Shown here in pieces: positions 29,601-38,300 of a DNA stretch of 41,363 nt. The notes under the pieces are model-generated. The model searched no databases and had not been told where the DNA came from. It worked only from the letters and a program-made list of their open reading frames with translations. The DNA is from an uncultured virus (IMG/VR IMGVR_UViG_3300035698_023946) (lineage: Duplodnaviria > Heunggongvirae > Uroviricota > Caudoviricetes), in the IMG/VR virus record IMGVR_UViG_3300035698_023946. One strand, given 5' to 3'. How positions within the stretch are numbered: position 1 is the stretch's first letter; each line of letters opens with the position of its first letter. Both the position numbers and the translations under genes were made by a program.

Positions 29601-32373
29601 AAACGCCTTCATCACATCCCAGATAAATTTCTGAAAAATTATCGTCATAAACAAAGGATTTAAAACAATTGACGCTATCTTCTATCCTCTCGTTCACTTC
29701 TGTCGAATAGGTCTCATTAGAAACTTTAAACCATGTCGATGATAAAAAGTAGAACCCATCATTGGTAGAGATGTGAACGTTGCTGTCAATGACGTCCAAG
29801 TGAGATATAGAGGTGATTTCTGCAGGAGTGGCAGTTACTGAAGACCAAGTCACATTTAGAGTTGTAATGGTTGTCGATTTGTAAATGTCACCACCATCGA
29901 CCGCATAAAGAACACCAGAAGAAGTGAAGATTTCATCTACATTCCCTCCACTCGGAGAGGTGACGGTTTTCCATTCCAAAACCAAAATGTCTTCATTTGC
30001 ATCAATTGAGGGGTTTAGCGGAAGATCGATCTCGATGTATCCCTCTGTCGTATTTGTCGCCGTGACGGTGAAGATAGACACCTTCGTTCCACCTTGACGA
30101 CTAATATAAACCTTGTCACTTACGGTGAACAGTGCGGCATCAGTAGTCGATATTGCTATTCTCTTCGCATTACCGCTTTGTCCAGAAGTGGGTTTAATTG
30201 CATAACTCTTTGTTTGGATGATAGAGTTATCACTCAAGAGCATATATATCCCATCATAATCGTCATCATTGTTTACGATGATTTTTACGATATAAGTTGT
30301 CGAACCAGATTCCCAAATACGATTCCACTTAAGAGTATCCAAATCCTTATCCGGATACATGTGTAACGTTTGAGGATTTCCGGTATCGGTCTTAGACGAA
30401 CTAATGAAAATATTATTATTAGTAATATCTGTAGTTAAGTGGTGAAACTTCGATGAAGTCGTTAAGTTAGTGAACTTGTTAGAATCTACAGTTCTATAAA
30501 ATTCCTCTTCACCTAGAAAGCCTGTCGCCTTAGCTCTGGATACCCAAGAATCATCCTCATAGGAGAACAGAGTGTAATCGGACAGCAGCAGAGGAACGAC
30601 ATCTCCACTTTGAAGGATGTATTCCATGCTTCTTGGGATAGGAAAATCTGGTCTATATTCTTCTTCGATAGAAGTGCTTCCAAACAATCTATCGTCCTCA
30701 GTGGTCAGAACCGTATTATTTGTTAAAACAAACCATTTATCGTTATAGTTCTCAATTTGAAACGAGTTCTTCAACGCAGGAAATTTTGCTAATCCTGGCC
30801 TGTATTCTGTTAAATTTGTACTTTCGCAATAAGTGGTATTGATGCTTCCTGTCGTTGATATTGTTTCATCTTCTGTTGGAATGGGAATTAGCAGCTCTTT
30901 ACTTCTTCCTATATGGCTGATTCTAGGAATTGATTCTGGATTAAGATACCCAGAATTAACATTTGAAGCAGAGAAGGCTGCTCCAACATCACTTTTAGAA
31001 AATTCTCCTAAAGCATCAATCTCTAAGACGTTTTGTACCTGAGTTAGAGAATCAATTAATACGAGTTGACACTGAACGGTATCTGTAGGTTTTAACGGAT
31101 TTGAGAAAAGAATCTGTACACGGTTTCTTTCTTCGCCATAGAGCTTAAATCCTTCATATTGTCTTTCGCCATTAATGAAAATAAAAAACTCATACGGATA
31201 GATGACGACTTTATAAGCAGTATTTGGATCTTCTTGAAAATTGACGATATCAGATAATAGCTGATTTGCAACTAGACCAGCATGATTATTTTTTACTCGA
31301 ACTACTCTGGCAATTTCATCTTGAGAAGTATCTGGATTAATAAAATATCCCACATAATCTAAAGAGGTATCTAAAGCAACTCCGACAAGTTCATCAAAAA
31401 CAACATTTGAAGCTTGAATGTATCCTTGAGTTGTTCGAAAATCTATTTCAAACTCTGGAGGAACGAGACCGGCCTCATCAGCAGTCGTTTGTTTTACAAA
31501 CTCATAAAGAGTATTAGATTCTATGGAAGAATCTGCCGGGATGCTTGTGCCAGAAGCAATCGCACTTCTTTTTGTTAGCTTGACCTTGTTTAAGCTAAAC
31601 TCGTTAACAGAGGTGTCTTCTTTATGATCGTGCTGATAAAGCGCTTCGGGTATTGTTGAACCTTCAATTCCACTTGTAACGAATTTCTTCAACGATGTAT
31701 CTATGCTAACGATAGAGTCTTCATCGGTTTCTAATTCGGCCAAGATTAAAGCATCTTTTGGAATTATTTTTACCTGAATCGCATCGGATTCTAGCCTTTT
31801 AGAATTGAACTTTATTTTCTGGCCGTCAACTTCATAAGAACCTTTGAATTCTTTCCCATTAATAAAAATTAGAACATCTTTTTCTGCCGGATTGATTCCC
31901 GAGCCATTCACTTCATACCATTTCAAATAATTCCCTGCAAGAGAAGTGTTTGAAAAAGCATTTCTTAAACCGTTATAATCTACATTGATAACAATGTCCG
32001 TAGAAATTTGATAATCTCTTATTGGGCTAATAGAAATGATGGCATGAGATGACGCATTAATGGTGAAGCTTTGAGTAGAGTAGGACCTTACTGCGATGTT
32101 GGACTTATCTACCACCTCTTCAACCCCATCTCCATCATTGTCTGCAAAGATGAAGTAAGGGATGATCGCCAAACCTTGAGATACGGTGACGCCCCGTGTC
32201 ACTGCAGAATTCTTAGCGACATTAAACCCTCTTAAGATTCCATTGCTATAATTCTTGAGCACACTCGATATTTGTGTGTCAATTGTGACAAACCTATTTT
32301 CTTCTGCACTAGCAAGTAAAGGCTCACCATTTTGAAGAATTTCTAAACGGAAATTGTCAGTTCTTAATGGCAT
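14614..32373 (-). CDS. Giant (5919 aa) putative tail/baseplate adhesion protein with multiple BNR/Asp-box beta-propellers
   Basis: Uninterrupted 17.76-kb ORF; about 20 hand-counted [ST]x[DN]xGx[ST][WF]-like Asp-boxes with many [YF]xGTxxG[VL]Y blade motifs; N-terminal NGILRGFNV...VTVSQGLAII resembles phage tail/baseplate attachment segments; FN3-like and FING-type small modules; no signal peptide or transmembrane segment apparent. Confidence 0.8.
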   Translation of the reverse strand: MPLRTDNFRLEILQNGEPLLASAEENRFVTIDTQISSVLKNYSNGILRGFNVAKNSAVTRGVTVSQGLAIIPYFIFADNDGDGVEEVVDKSNIAVRSYSTQSFTINASSHAIISISPIRDYQISTDIVINVDYNGLRNAFSNTSLAGNYLKWYEVNGSGINPAEKDVLIFINGKEFKGSYEVDGQKIKFNSKRLESDAIQVKIIPKDALILAELETDEDSIVSIDTSLKKFVTSGIEGSTIPEALYQHDHKEDTSVNEFSLNKVKLTKRSAIASGTSIPADSSIESNTLYEFVKQTTADEAGLVPPEFEIDFRTTQGYIQASNVVFDELVGVALDTSLDYVGYFINPDTSQDEIARVVRVKNNHAGLVANQLLSDIVNFQEDPNTAYKVVIYPYEFFIFINGERQYEGFKLYGEERNRVQILFSNPLKPTDTVQCQLVLIDSLTQVQNVLEIDALGEFSKSDVGAAFSASNVNSGYLNPESIPRISHIGRSKELLIPIPTEDETISTTGSINTTYCESTNLTEYRPGLAKFPALKNSFQIENYNDKWFVLTNNTVLTTEDDRLFGSTSIEEEYRPDFPIPRSMEYILQSGDVVPLLLSDYTLFSYEDDSWVSRAKATGFLGEEEFYRTVDSNKFTNLTTSSKFHHLTTDITNNNIFISSSKTDTGNPQTLHMYPDKDLDTLKWNRIWESGSTTYIVKIIVNNDDDYDGIYMLLSDNSIIQTKSYAIKPTSGQSGNAKRIAISTTDAALFTVSDKVYISRQGGTKVSIFTVTATNTTEGYIEIDLPLNPSIDANEDILVLEWKTVTSPSGGNVDEIFTSSGVLYAVDGGDIYKSTTITTLNVTWSSVTATPAEITSISHLDVIDSNVHISTNDGFYFLSSTWFKVSNETYSTEVNERIEDSVNCFKSFVYDDNFSEIYLGCDEGVYQIESTATPYDISIRNAFPIIGVPTDLTNSIFVPASGRGTITNYNTTTKDISVKCALAKFSVGDTIIFDSTNAGLNSSQKFKVLRITDVDSLNEKYRIRIDRYDGKHTKNQSFKFGDKFVIYNHSDPLVFVNNVPQSSAYSRYADSYTFDFQTQEITFTEARTPKDVITTVSSLRHFYALRGPWDSELSSSEKIYLDNRFVTKVEGTWASVRTVSFNEFSSSGKQVVQELVFETDENLFLGFNLAGLSIVVNIRNDPEVEYTIQSNSYNSIRIRSTDPAADLLNILYDDFDSVAMSISNVQFTITVIEESNLTNSIDLINFGTIGLVTLPSPVLSSSVAKITIPNTSTLGGILGVGTKSHTELEDLLLEHETGHTHGFAGIRDANFIQLLTAVQEFFPEVFDAVSIDNVEIDDLRIDEMIDLINSTIENSKAYDSDSIGSFSRNVFGLLSSSTLGGMYALTENGVYFKESSTDSSEKWVRKNNIVKFMSVSGSPTFDEDEVDGLYLGYNSTTATWSLKWGGTFRSETKNAGLDDYYITSLDIDSQDEDVVYIGTKFHGVHKTTNGGTIWKTVFNPGAFDGDSNLKGQYEISEIQLSPSKNYISYVLMKDKDVGGLFVSNDNGANFRKYVFKTTDNDSFYGDVESKLTNSNYEALHLPYIESTTSGKLGTSPIVYWGSDDLFRRQYASPVMNVTGDQEVNEWVIDKIKRSDIDSNIRVNFTIKDFAADTSDTSKIFISTTNGLYKNTYDAKEIEINIDDLEITGSLGTIVGNIVDLPTTEYAVSTRMYLTFVSGTIPEDVLQIGKFFNFRSTPIKLLSYVTQGDDKIIATFDKFDKSLHIYNPGNGFNNDLSINNNKISSWVRIGESDLGQVETTKILYANSILYVGTKTRGVWKSIDDGDNFTELNTGFTELIDDNNLEISGFEIDSNGTLYCSVKDFGGYGGGIFRNSGSSWIRVGGDFTGNANSFTITDGLDQHNIVCFKISWSQPNTIYAGTNDGLYKTENGGTLWTRVSLPTEFTNVIRILSDERTSLLGTQFSGMYRSKNKGDRWFQDFNKNQENDYYIENAASWRVWDLDQSNLSDTSENNLYARIFSDSFTTDDFNQTTVDFSRFYSTENSNSNKIRFLRDNSEDLEKFEKIRQSWGSTNKLEHLVYLPENHSFLSNATIDNSYFLDYHNLLTFDTSGLNHSILLFKNKHLSTNFRKNIWSILDHDFLKEKNRFYGLPKNVLHRNGIVSGNNNYRLEHDDFKPDITNLNPVSGIAEYNISDIIDHPTDSSKHYVATELNGVYEVEDMYDTEPAYYYCGTCSVVNGASTFITITDSYTNFTFSGDTAAHYKIVLVAKNAQHIRYGLYTYSAQPSTHELTFGGVPASSPFTNSDEFYYTISKAVISEINGQTSNLDAISNPTQVGSSYYDIVEIASPATFSTDVVGKKVYFSFFLNSEMTQSAGKRKSMPFVVESRPATNQLRTKRFPVTFVNGESDLKIEQIEQAVVDGVSYVDVKYSHLYGLGVWRREQLPGLLLQYDVDSNSYWYPIHSIRDSTVFRIRDESGSIFTTLSGLTGVNTSRLYYSIVSTRTTGDPNGRITYGDDTFCLVSDMGSYTQLSTGLERYFSEYDDEIDLKFNRLLSTDSASDYIFAATEQGVWRYGPLSGTPTWIESNIGSSYFSVKNVDGVLVDGNDIVFSATFGGGVFRSIDSGDNWESISTGIDYVWDVAIKPGSNGSEVVIGTRDDGVYKTTNALSSSVSWARMSIGLDRTDIKDWKIRGSVISNSVLYSHSYGGGVYTSSDDGNTWANFNDDLTNHDVTDMDIYQNSSGFDKIIISTDGGGLFVHNGSNWDKVYPWSIPHLSISRVRFSATDSSIIYCESNLPFDFSEEDFLNGLYFGTNKPTVFKTIDGGLNWEVIYENNLVRETTIAVDDNDNLYVGSSGSIYISDNQGVSFDTTSSGLSGGDKILHINAQNDIVTVVTRNRFIYYIYVSNDSGENFRRVFSSSAKIWESNSKTIPKFSDTQTVTVAENTISGTVTNIDFFQNENKSKIYISGLPTDSDFGEYDVGDTSYDGANVDITGEPVFFEILGRNNSLIDETGYVEVVANLSHVDTSVTPACKVSGLYSVDVDVSGNVDYQVDGSLINQFIKLNDEIYKIATYEVTAGTATIKFSDPGETVTTGSLSSASIEIGNLVTDSNGQEVINAVTGVFVVQDNKLRSSINEGWYWTSVDTISGSDGSSVQSFEENEGIRGSVPAWGITETVDAVSQDILFLSVEEGNLHKTYKYNDKFSNSTTAFVVFSGILKNGISRTYTGIDSTEKAFVTLSDAIYRSTNQNVTAFSAIGIPSVTEIQVPLAVSPSSSSYGVLVADNLLYVSETLTSTVVTWFDGLSVKISGETILNSDIEFIKFHPTDETQILMSIDSDRSEIEILNGLYLSANRGGSWKRFNYRFYQNEEESSLNNLVIKDVSFDSNGNYYFNAIDDDSQYTLTNVNGFIGNDVNGMYSGTSFMVISTSDGVSFRIVDDSDYNEFDYKFYTFPSSYWISAPQCIFFDESKNALLVGTSVGVQKYTVNISDNSLTLTDMEVISDGLASLEINVIESITGSDGNVDYVFGSTKGITIVDGESITNQANYIDINFSNITTNELSQEVLSLSVDELNNKVYAISSNSVYIIDTTNSSVSFLNKENSSIFNESFTSSAIKYKPALEIDYSSYDVDVRQIETNLSDVSNVLVTRTISGVIANPVSETEYSNPIYGTVVSRVFTGGRTAITIDQTLSENTREVVQTITVRPENSSSAVFDIVAINVGDGSGNSTVYVSGDVVASMNEDDRLMIADRVDENVTASNSLVIYYGSNSSFTDQTRTIDSSISYRYHYQLTSGTFSSPWYSNSFSIDSTNTQGVNIVEEPIVYLGSNLGIHTVDVDDKDISSVTGNPQPIGALVADSYGNLIAGMNGDSPTTGLMVLSGSGTIFSTRYVVTSVDDYAINNIFIDSSSNHVFVNSNNVITDLSRNSTLDLLFYQTISQEISSDTIDFDINSTDIPNLKIYQQSEDLDARLFIDEVDDSVYVFVNSLIRKSTLNKGDLEYYDLSDSSIGQSIGNVDFVVATEDAGSVTTTDKAHTSSFSDLVDDPASGDSFEDILVGATLTITVSSDQIDTRTVISKIDNNNIIIDEGADWDNGGGGYTLTYQNPPYLLLSNTSNLFASDSDGRSFSLIPSADNLIKLENISIQRVHVFGNNTFISTNDFDLKAIRISGNSVYDLQGAAGLLTGARFINSVGGLNKQTIYSIKYNSDGSEIWAGGYRNLYWTSGTVWTTVHEEDDRGQLPLLRYKNILITKNNADTTLNDQAVVVGDVVALTNRRSITNRGSAVLRINRTGGKFTAELISGGASFEADPGRVSLTNSLGGYPLTNYFEGSTLIDFKGQGNPRGNSSGSADVAINGIFETSNGNSFIIGANKNNLRHLFCSRFRDMTDNKLDTSVQLGFRSIDGDSFELPSAFEKGTVFFSHGIPEKYRPFRVVNSFNSDYHQDMLFVSMFNPAELQNTNNKDEIVIKNDKSLDYDVGHLLMSQDGGYSWTRIGQDIPSESFISDVIVDGMGYIYAAVFGSSNEKSGVYLSINNGKTFSVITRNLPVAPVKALLFVENVLHTPELGGTLYVGLWGNGIYKLKTSDYGYGYGYSPFQPYNFHVQYGMGYGYGYENIDNVDPWSFFDVFGFDFETEDWEEIDYDIGFRRGKNLIGANVADISSFSGKTHESIWVATAEDGVMFNSSEEPSEVGKFFDQKNDGLKTELLTSILVSDFDEGNIWLGTQEGFYKFDVTTEKWVQKTSGISANSSVTTLEHDTYYHTVFVKLNWSQVLGSDGTLVIRHEGSVSTDIPSDNIEYVTGDGLGDSVVIYPNDIDDGDDSYTSTDFLDISDTLDVGEEYYYSFYSYTKSGSDIAYTKFPSVVKGEVRLYSDFDPHTVTMTNLLGNVTAAKYIDNDWEGEVYSGLTAVILADASSSSNDVGSFLESNDYLLSSGWKIKFHVGTDVELTYDISQANASGVFIDGDIESAIDLTKPIFEIFPNGGSDNYVGHAFSPNINQRVDTDGNANAFMFEVLSSTNSVLTLNPRSDKVEVSNVPGMHIQTYKLGDGTEWTGATHFDQTRRQFLTGTQISDEEDKKSLIPIFGPSPFLLNSRIGNVFEVYSDKKVKSQSITPLYVGTSEGIYKSVDNGNQFSFLTNLGTKYINDISVSAENLDNRTLLSGDDAVIYAATTVGLYKSSDGGSSWTLIGPAARVSGADEANKMIIRLDSLGREIAYVDYPSYGIYRSKDDGSTWTLMEGNTSQYTINDIDLIDQTSGEFLLSTSGDGVIFYTEPNNDSFNIRVISDNAITNISNIDVQIGDSVIGSKDRITIDSRIRDSAISKVKSIDFQSDDYEHLEIAAYKEGDLFDKTKIFVGSDAILPTTNPFKVNKTDADQWPTHVFTVKRIFGTKILVGTNLGAYISNDLGSSWYRAGDFQTPGVIYSAEVFADNNLYIGTNNGLWFSTDQGRTFSKDQMRGSDVRSIWSYRSGNITRTFIGSDDGLRIVTTGANTVEITTPETFSSDEGISFSWGEKDDDGNFLVGGMPKDLLDDLNKRRVYTIPGASPEVQESLGFKGILIVRHENDVEPNFDPGDDHEYGTEYRRFIEDGDNSPYDSLFLFAPGIRPFPDGLVIAGNVLNTTSSRNEENDYISSLLVGVNTFTPDNPFIDTTHITRTDDLTDTYGAGTTSTTTGVHAKLKEETAYTYTFFAYYRRPISFPYFFNKIGDHLRVYKRFTPKEYTYDIKIKNIPDASQILSGDSISIDEWVLGTDDGAFYSTDGTGLTKAIGLENRKVYSLKVVETSELEEVYGYGYGYGEGLDFFDVFDVTGIEIGTGTDEFEEEFAGTWARGYGWESRYIFNVFAGTDDGIYVSTDRGINYTKVYDTLNSEIDVIFSFEVDSNGILYAGTNQGILVKSEDNNTDWTLEPVIGSADAITEGRLLGQTVKIQ

Positions 32374-32388
32374 AGTTGTTTGTTATTA

Positions 32389-35300
32389 TTAGCTATCCAG
32401 ATTTAGTAAGTGCTCACCATCGACACACTCAAATTGCAATCCGATATCAAAGACTTTCGGGATATCTTCATTGCTGGAAATCAGTTGTGCTCCAATCTTA
32501 AATTGAGAATCTCTTGAGTTTTCAGGTATTTCGAATGCTTCATCAAGATAAACCCTTTGGAAAGTATCGAAATCATCGCTATCGTCAGTACTGATTCCCC
32601 AAAGAACTCTTGTTCCATCTGGAATGTTTGGGTTTGCAGTGATGATCCCTCGTAAAAGATTGCTGTCAAGATCGAAATTCTTGCTAAGCAATAAAACCGT
32701 ATTACCAGTAGAATAGCTTATGGTCACGGAGTTAAGTGTTGGAGAATAAGTTTGAGAAGTCGTACTTAACGTGACTTTGAATTGTAAAAATTTGTTTTTA
32801 ACTAATTCATTATTAGTGTTCAAATTCCCATCAGAAGTGAAGTGAAGAATGTTGACTCCTGTCGCAGTAGCGGTTGCTGGAGTATCCCAATCAAGAATAT
32901 TGTAAGCGGGATATTCTATCCCAAAAGCATCTTCATTATAGGTTTTGTTTAACAACTCTTCTTCCGTATCGGCGGTTCTGATTTCTATCTTAACGTCATC
33001 TTCATCAACGATGTCTGCATCCCAAGTCAATTCTCTCCAAAACTCAAACCCAGCTCCACCTGAGATTATGTCTGATTCATAAATCCCAGTAGATTTTTCA
33101 ATGATATGGGCGTCGTATGCTTGCTCCCCAACATTTGTGAATGTGAATTTGTTATTTTTTGCCCCGGCCACGAAGTATTCAACAATTGCATTCGACAAGT
33201 TCACAGTAGGAACTAAACCTGTTAAACTAATCGTTAATGGTATCGCTTTTTGATTCAAGTACTTGTCAAAATAATTACCATAAATAGTGGTCGCATTTTT
33301 AGTGAGATTTGTTTGTTCTATTACGGTTTTCTTTCGTCCATAATTGACATAGAAAACATCATCTTGAGAAGCTATATCATTTACATTTCCAATCGAAAAC
33401 GGTCTACCGATCAAATCGTCAATGTCATATGCCCCATTAAAGCTATTCAGTTTCCCAGAAATGATGACCGATTTTGCTTCAGGAACGAATAGGGCTTGTC
33501 TAATTTCACTAGATACAGAACTGCCAATATCTAGTTTAACGGGGAGTCCAAATAAATCTAAATAGGAATAATTGAAAGTGATTTCATCAGATGTCAGCTT
33601 CGTTGTTCCATCACTTAATTCTTCGTAACCTGTCCAAGTTCCTTCAATTGGATCTTGAAAATATATTACATCATTAATATTGTCTACTATTTTTAATAAC
33701 CACTTACAAACTCTAAACTCCGTATATCCGAGAATAGTGTCTTTTACGAAATCGAAAACAGGACGACTTTCTGAATCATTCATCATCCATATGGCTTTTC
33801 TGCTGTCAGTTGTTAAACTGGTTTTTGTTACTAATGCAAATTCATTTTCTTTAATATTAGGTTGAATGATATGGTAATGCTGATTGTAGTCAGTTCCGCT
33901 GATTTCAGTCGTTGGAGAAAGTGACAAGCTATCATCTTCTTGAACTCCAGCTCTTACATGATTGTAATTATCTCCAAAAACTTCTTCTTGTTCATCTGTC
34001 TTGATCTGATTATTGTAAAAAGCTCCTTCTATTGAATCTTTCGATCTTACAGCGTTTGCATCTGTTGATGAAGGAATGTCTGTTCCGGTTGTCGGATCAG
34101 CAAGTGTAAATAGACAGAATTGATCTTTTAAAGCGCTATCTTCTAAAGATTTGCTTCCAATCGCAGTCGTGAAGGTGATTGTATTTTCTGATGAATCTAT
34201 CTCATTCACAATCGGATATTTTGGAAAGAAATTAGTGTCAATGGCACATTCGTTTTCTAATGCTGCTGCTGTTCTAGTTAGATCGTCTTCTCTTCCGAAA
34301 GCAACATAAAAAGCATAAAACCACAATGTGTGCCACCCTCGTTTCAAATCAATAAATTCACTATTTGCTATGGTTGAGTTATTGACACTAAACAGATTTA
34401 AAGATTCAGCATGATTGTCGAATCCTTTAATGCTATTGTTTATCAATAAAGACTGAGATCCGGCAACAGTTCCGGTAAATTTGTAATTGCCAGTCATCGG
34501 TGCGTAAAAATTACCATTAAAAAAAGCTTGAGTATGTTTTATAGAAGAATTATTGTTAAAATCTTTAACGTAATTAGATAAAGAGTTTTGAGATCTAGTA
34601 GTTTGACCTATTTTTGTAGGAGATATTGTATCGGCGTTTAAGCTTTCTTTAAAATCTATGTTAGAAAAATCGGTAAATGAATATGGCTGACTTGCACTCA
34701 GTGAAGAATTGAACTCCATAAACTCTGTATTAATTCCACCAGTAGAAAAGCTTCCACTTGCCAAGTTTACCACATTAACAGTTAGAATCTTTCCAAAATT
34801 AGCATTAGACTTGATGTAGTCAAGAATCTCTCCATTTAAAGACCTTAACTTAACTTTCATCACAAAATAGCTACCAAGGTCTTCTAACCCTAAGCAGGTG
34901 AAACTATCTGTGGTTTCTGTCACATCTCCGACATAAACAGTCTTGCCGATCATACTGCTTGCAAATGGTTCCTGAATGCTAGATATCGAGATAGGTGTGT
35001 CTGATGTCGAAGAGTCAATCCTGATAGGAATCTTAGCCCAATAAAAAGTGCTACTCTGATGAGTTTGGCTTCCGTAATGAACTCCTTCGATAAAAGGATA
35101 GGTGGTTGAGGAGTTGTCGTAAAAATCGCTTTCATCAACACCCTCGATATCAATCAATACGCTCGAAGAATTCGTCGCAGCTAATCCGATAGAATATCGA
35201 ACTTCATAACCTACTTTCCAAAACTTCTTACCAGTATATGATGTCTCAGGAGAGGTGTAGAATCTGTCTTTAAAGTTTGACAACTGAACGGCGATGATGT

Positions 35301-38300
35301 CCTTAGAGACGTCCATTATGTTTTTGTAATCAACAATAACGTTCTCTTCGCTTGAGTTAATTATGCTATTGATTAATGTCGGAACACCAGCCGGATTATT
35401 GTAGTCGTAAAAAATATCTGTTTGTTCGACATTTCTAGAGATAGAGGCCGTTCCTAAATCTGCAACAACTGAACTACTTGTTAAATCTGCATTACTTTTT
35501 ACAGATAAAAAGAGGTCAACAACTTCTTCATCCGCATTTCTGATACGATATTTAATGTGTCCAACGTCTTCTCCATCATCAGCATATTGTAAGTCAGTTA
35601 ATTCGACATTGCTGAATTCCACATCATAAAACGGATTAGAATCAGAAGTAATTTCTAATGCAGTCGGTTCATTTCTGGTATATGCCAAATTGACGGCAAG
35701 TGATTTCTTTAATGAGACTGAACCAACATCTATGAATGAGGTGTTTGCTGCGCCGAAGATGGTGTTTACCAAAACGTAATCTTCATCATCGTCTTTTTTG
35801 TAAATTCTATAACCAGTTGCTCCAGAGACGGTGGTCCAAGAAAGTTGTAATCTGAATTTATCAGATGTCGTTTCCGTAGACGATATGCTTGTCTCCGAAG
35901 ACTCATTAAAAACATTAACACTGCTTCTCGTGAAAGAAACGACCTTATAATAGTAGGTGGTGTCTTTTCTTAGATCTCCATAATTTGCTAAGGTAGATGC
36001 GATTGCTCCTGTTGGAGCCGATAGAGTCGCATTCACCGTGACTGCGCCATGTTCTAGGTCTCCATAATCATTCCAAGAGACAAGATTTGCAATTCCTTCT
36101 GGAGAGATGTGTCCCGCAGGAACATACGCAAGGACATAACGTTTATTGTCATCTTGATTTCTCCCATAAACATAATATCCCGAAGCATCTTCTACGATGG
36201 GCCAAGATATCACTATATATCGGTTAAGAATGGTTGTTATCGTTACCTTCTTACTGTTGTAGTATTCGGTTTCAATTCCGCTTGCATCAACTGCAGAAAC
36301 ATTATATTCGAAAACGTTTGGGCCATAAAGAAGACCGTTGTCATTTTGAATTGTTTTCAAAGAGTCTAATACTGGAGTATCTAAATCGGTCGTGTAGTCG
36401 TAAGAGTTATCGTCTGGGAACTTTTCGATAACTTTAATTCCTTTTACTCCAGAAATGTTGCTTTGGGTTTTTATATGAATGGTTACAGAATTGTTTTCTA
36501 TAGCCAAAGAAGGATTGTAAATGGAAAAAGTATCTCCAGAAATATAATAATCAATTTCTTCTGTGCTTTCCGAGTAGGTCAAGTCTTCCAAAACATTTCC
36601 TTGAATGATGAGCGAAGACCCAACATTGTTCAAAACAGGATATTCTAGAAAAGAAGAACTAGTTGTCATCTTAATTCCGACAAATCTGTTACACAATCCA
36701 CTGTCTCCGATTTGAGCGGTATCTATTTCTCCTTCCAAAGGTATATCTGAAGTTTCATTTGCAATTTCCCCAGCGTTATCTGTCAATTGAGAAAATAGAA
36801 CATTATTTGTAGCGTCTGTTAAAACGGTGACAGTATCTCCATGAGAATTCACCTGTGCTTCTAAAGAAGAAATTGGTACTTCGAAGTATGCCTCAGTTGT
36901 TCCGTCTGGATATCTCGTATTAGTGTAGAGGTTATCATAATCGTCAGATAAGCTGATGACCTTGTTTGTAGAATCTATTTCTACAATTTCAAATTCATTT
37001 GGAAACGATCTGGTTGTATTTTGTTCTATGACAGCTTTAGTTGAGTAATTTTTAAATGCGTAATATGAATTCAAAAATTTAACTTTATCACCGGTCCTGA
37101 ATGCAGACCAACTGTAAAGGTCTGTGTAAAATTCTGACGAATCACCACTTTGTTTATTCACGCTATTCAATGCATCGGAGTTATCGAAATAATAAGAATT
37201 TCTAATCAATTCTAGTTCTCTAATTGAGCTCAACCCCAATCCCATCGTATGTTTTGGTAAACCGATCAAATCCCATCCTAATTCATCTGGAGGACTGTTG
37301 GATGCGGTTATCCGTGTTCCATTCGTCCATGTTGGAGTTAAGATGTACGTCTCTGGATTTACATAATTTTTTCCAATCTTCAAAAGAGAAGAAGTGTCAC
37401 GAAGGCTCGATGCCGGATTTAAAGCATTTTCAGGAGACAACAAAAACATTCTTTGATCTAAATAGATTTCATCAAAAGATTTATCTCTGGTCACTCCCGT
37501 GTAAACATCCCCATATACCTCATTCACATAATCGCTGTTGATATAAAAAGACTTAATTAAAACGACTCCTGAATAAGGAATTGAAAAGTTCCATTTTACT
37601 CTGTCATTTCCTCCAGAATCTGATTTTGGGACAAGTAAAGTTATGGAAACCTTGTTAAAAATCAAGCCTGTCAATTTGTCATCTAACAGTTGTTCAACGG
37701 TAACATTATTACCATCGGCTACCCCTTTTATCGCATTATACAGCTCTTGTTCGGTGGAGGTATTTTCTGTATAATCGAAGTTGTAAAAATTGGCTATTGC
37801 AGCGGACGTGACATCATATCCAGATTTGTAGTAAAGATTATTCAAATCCCCCTTAATTGAAGATTCGTCAATTCCGCCTTTATCGGGAAAGTATAACTCG
37901 ACAAAAAATGTTCTAGTTGTTTTTCTGTTTTGCAAATCATTATCTGCATCATACAGTAGGTCGTCAAAGGGAAAAGAGAAATCGACACTCAAATAATTGG
38001 TCGATTGATCTGCTGAAATAAAGATGCCTTCATTTTCACCCAATTGATCTGTTGGAGTTTTAAAGTTTGAATGAAATTCTAGCCCATTGTAAACAGACAC
38101 GATGTCAATATCGCTCACCAAAGGTGCTGTAGAATCTATCTTGATAGGCATCCACCCGGAAAAATCTGAAAATTCAGAAGCCTGTGTCCCTTTGGCTCTG
38201 ACTCTCCAAAAGAAGACTCCATGTTCTGGGATATCTACATCTGAGACTTTGATCTGAGTAAGATTCGTTGTAAATTGATTAGATGAAATAAGATTATCAG

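Noticed and set aside
14614..32373. Diversity-generating retroelement target, or tape-measure identity, for the giant ORF
   Set aside because: No reverse transcriptase or template/variable repeat pair visible; the sequence is beta-propeller-like rather than Ala-rich and helical.
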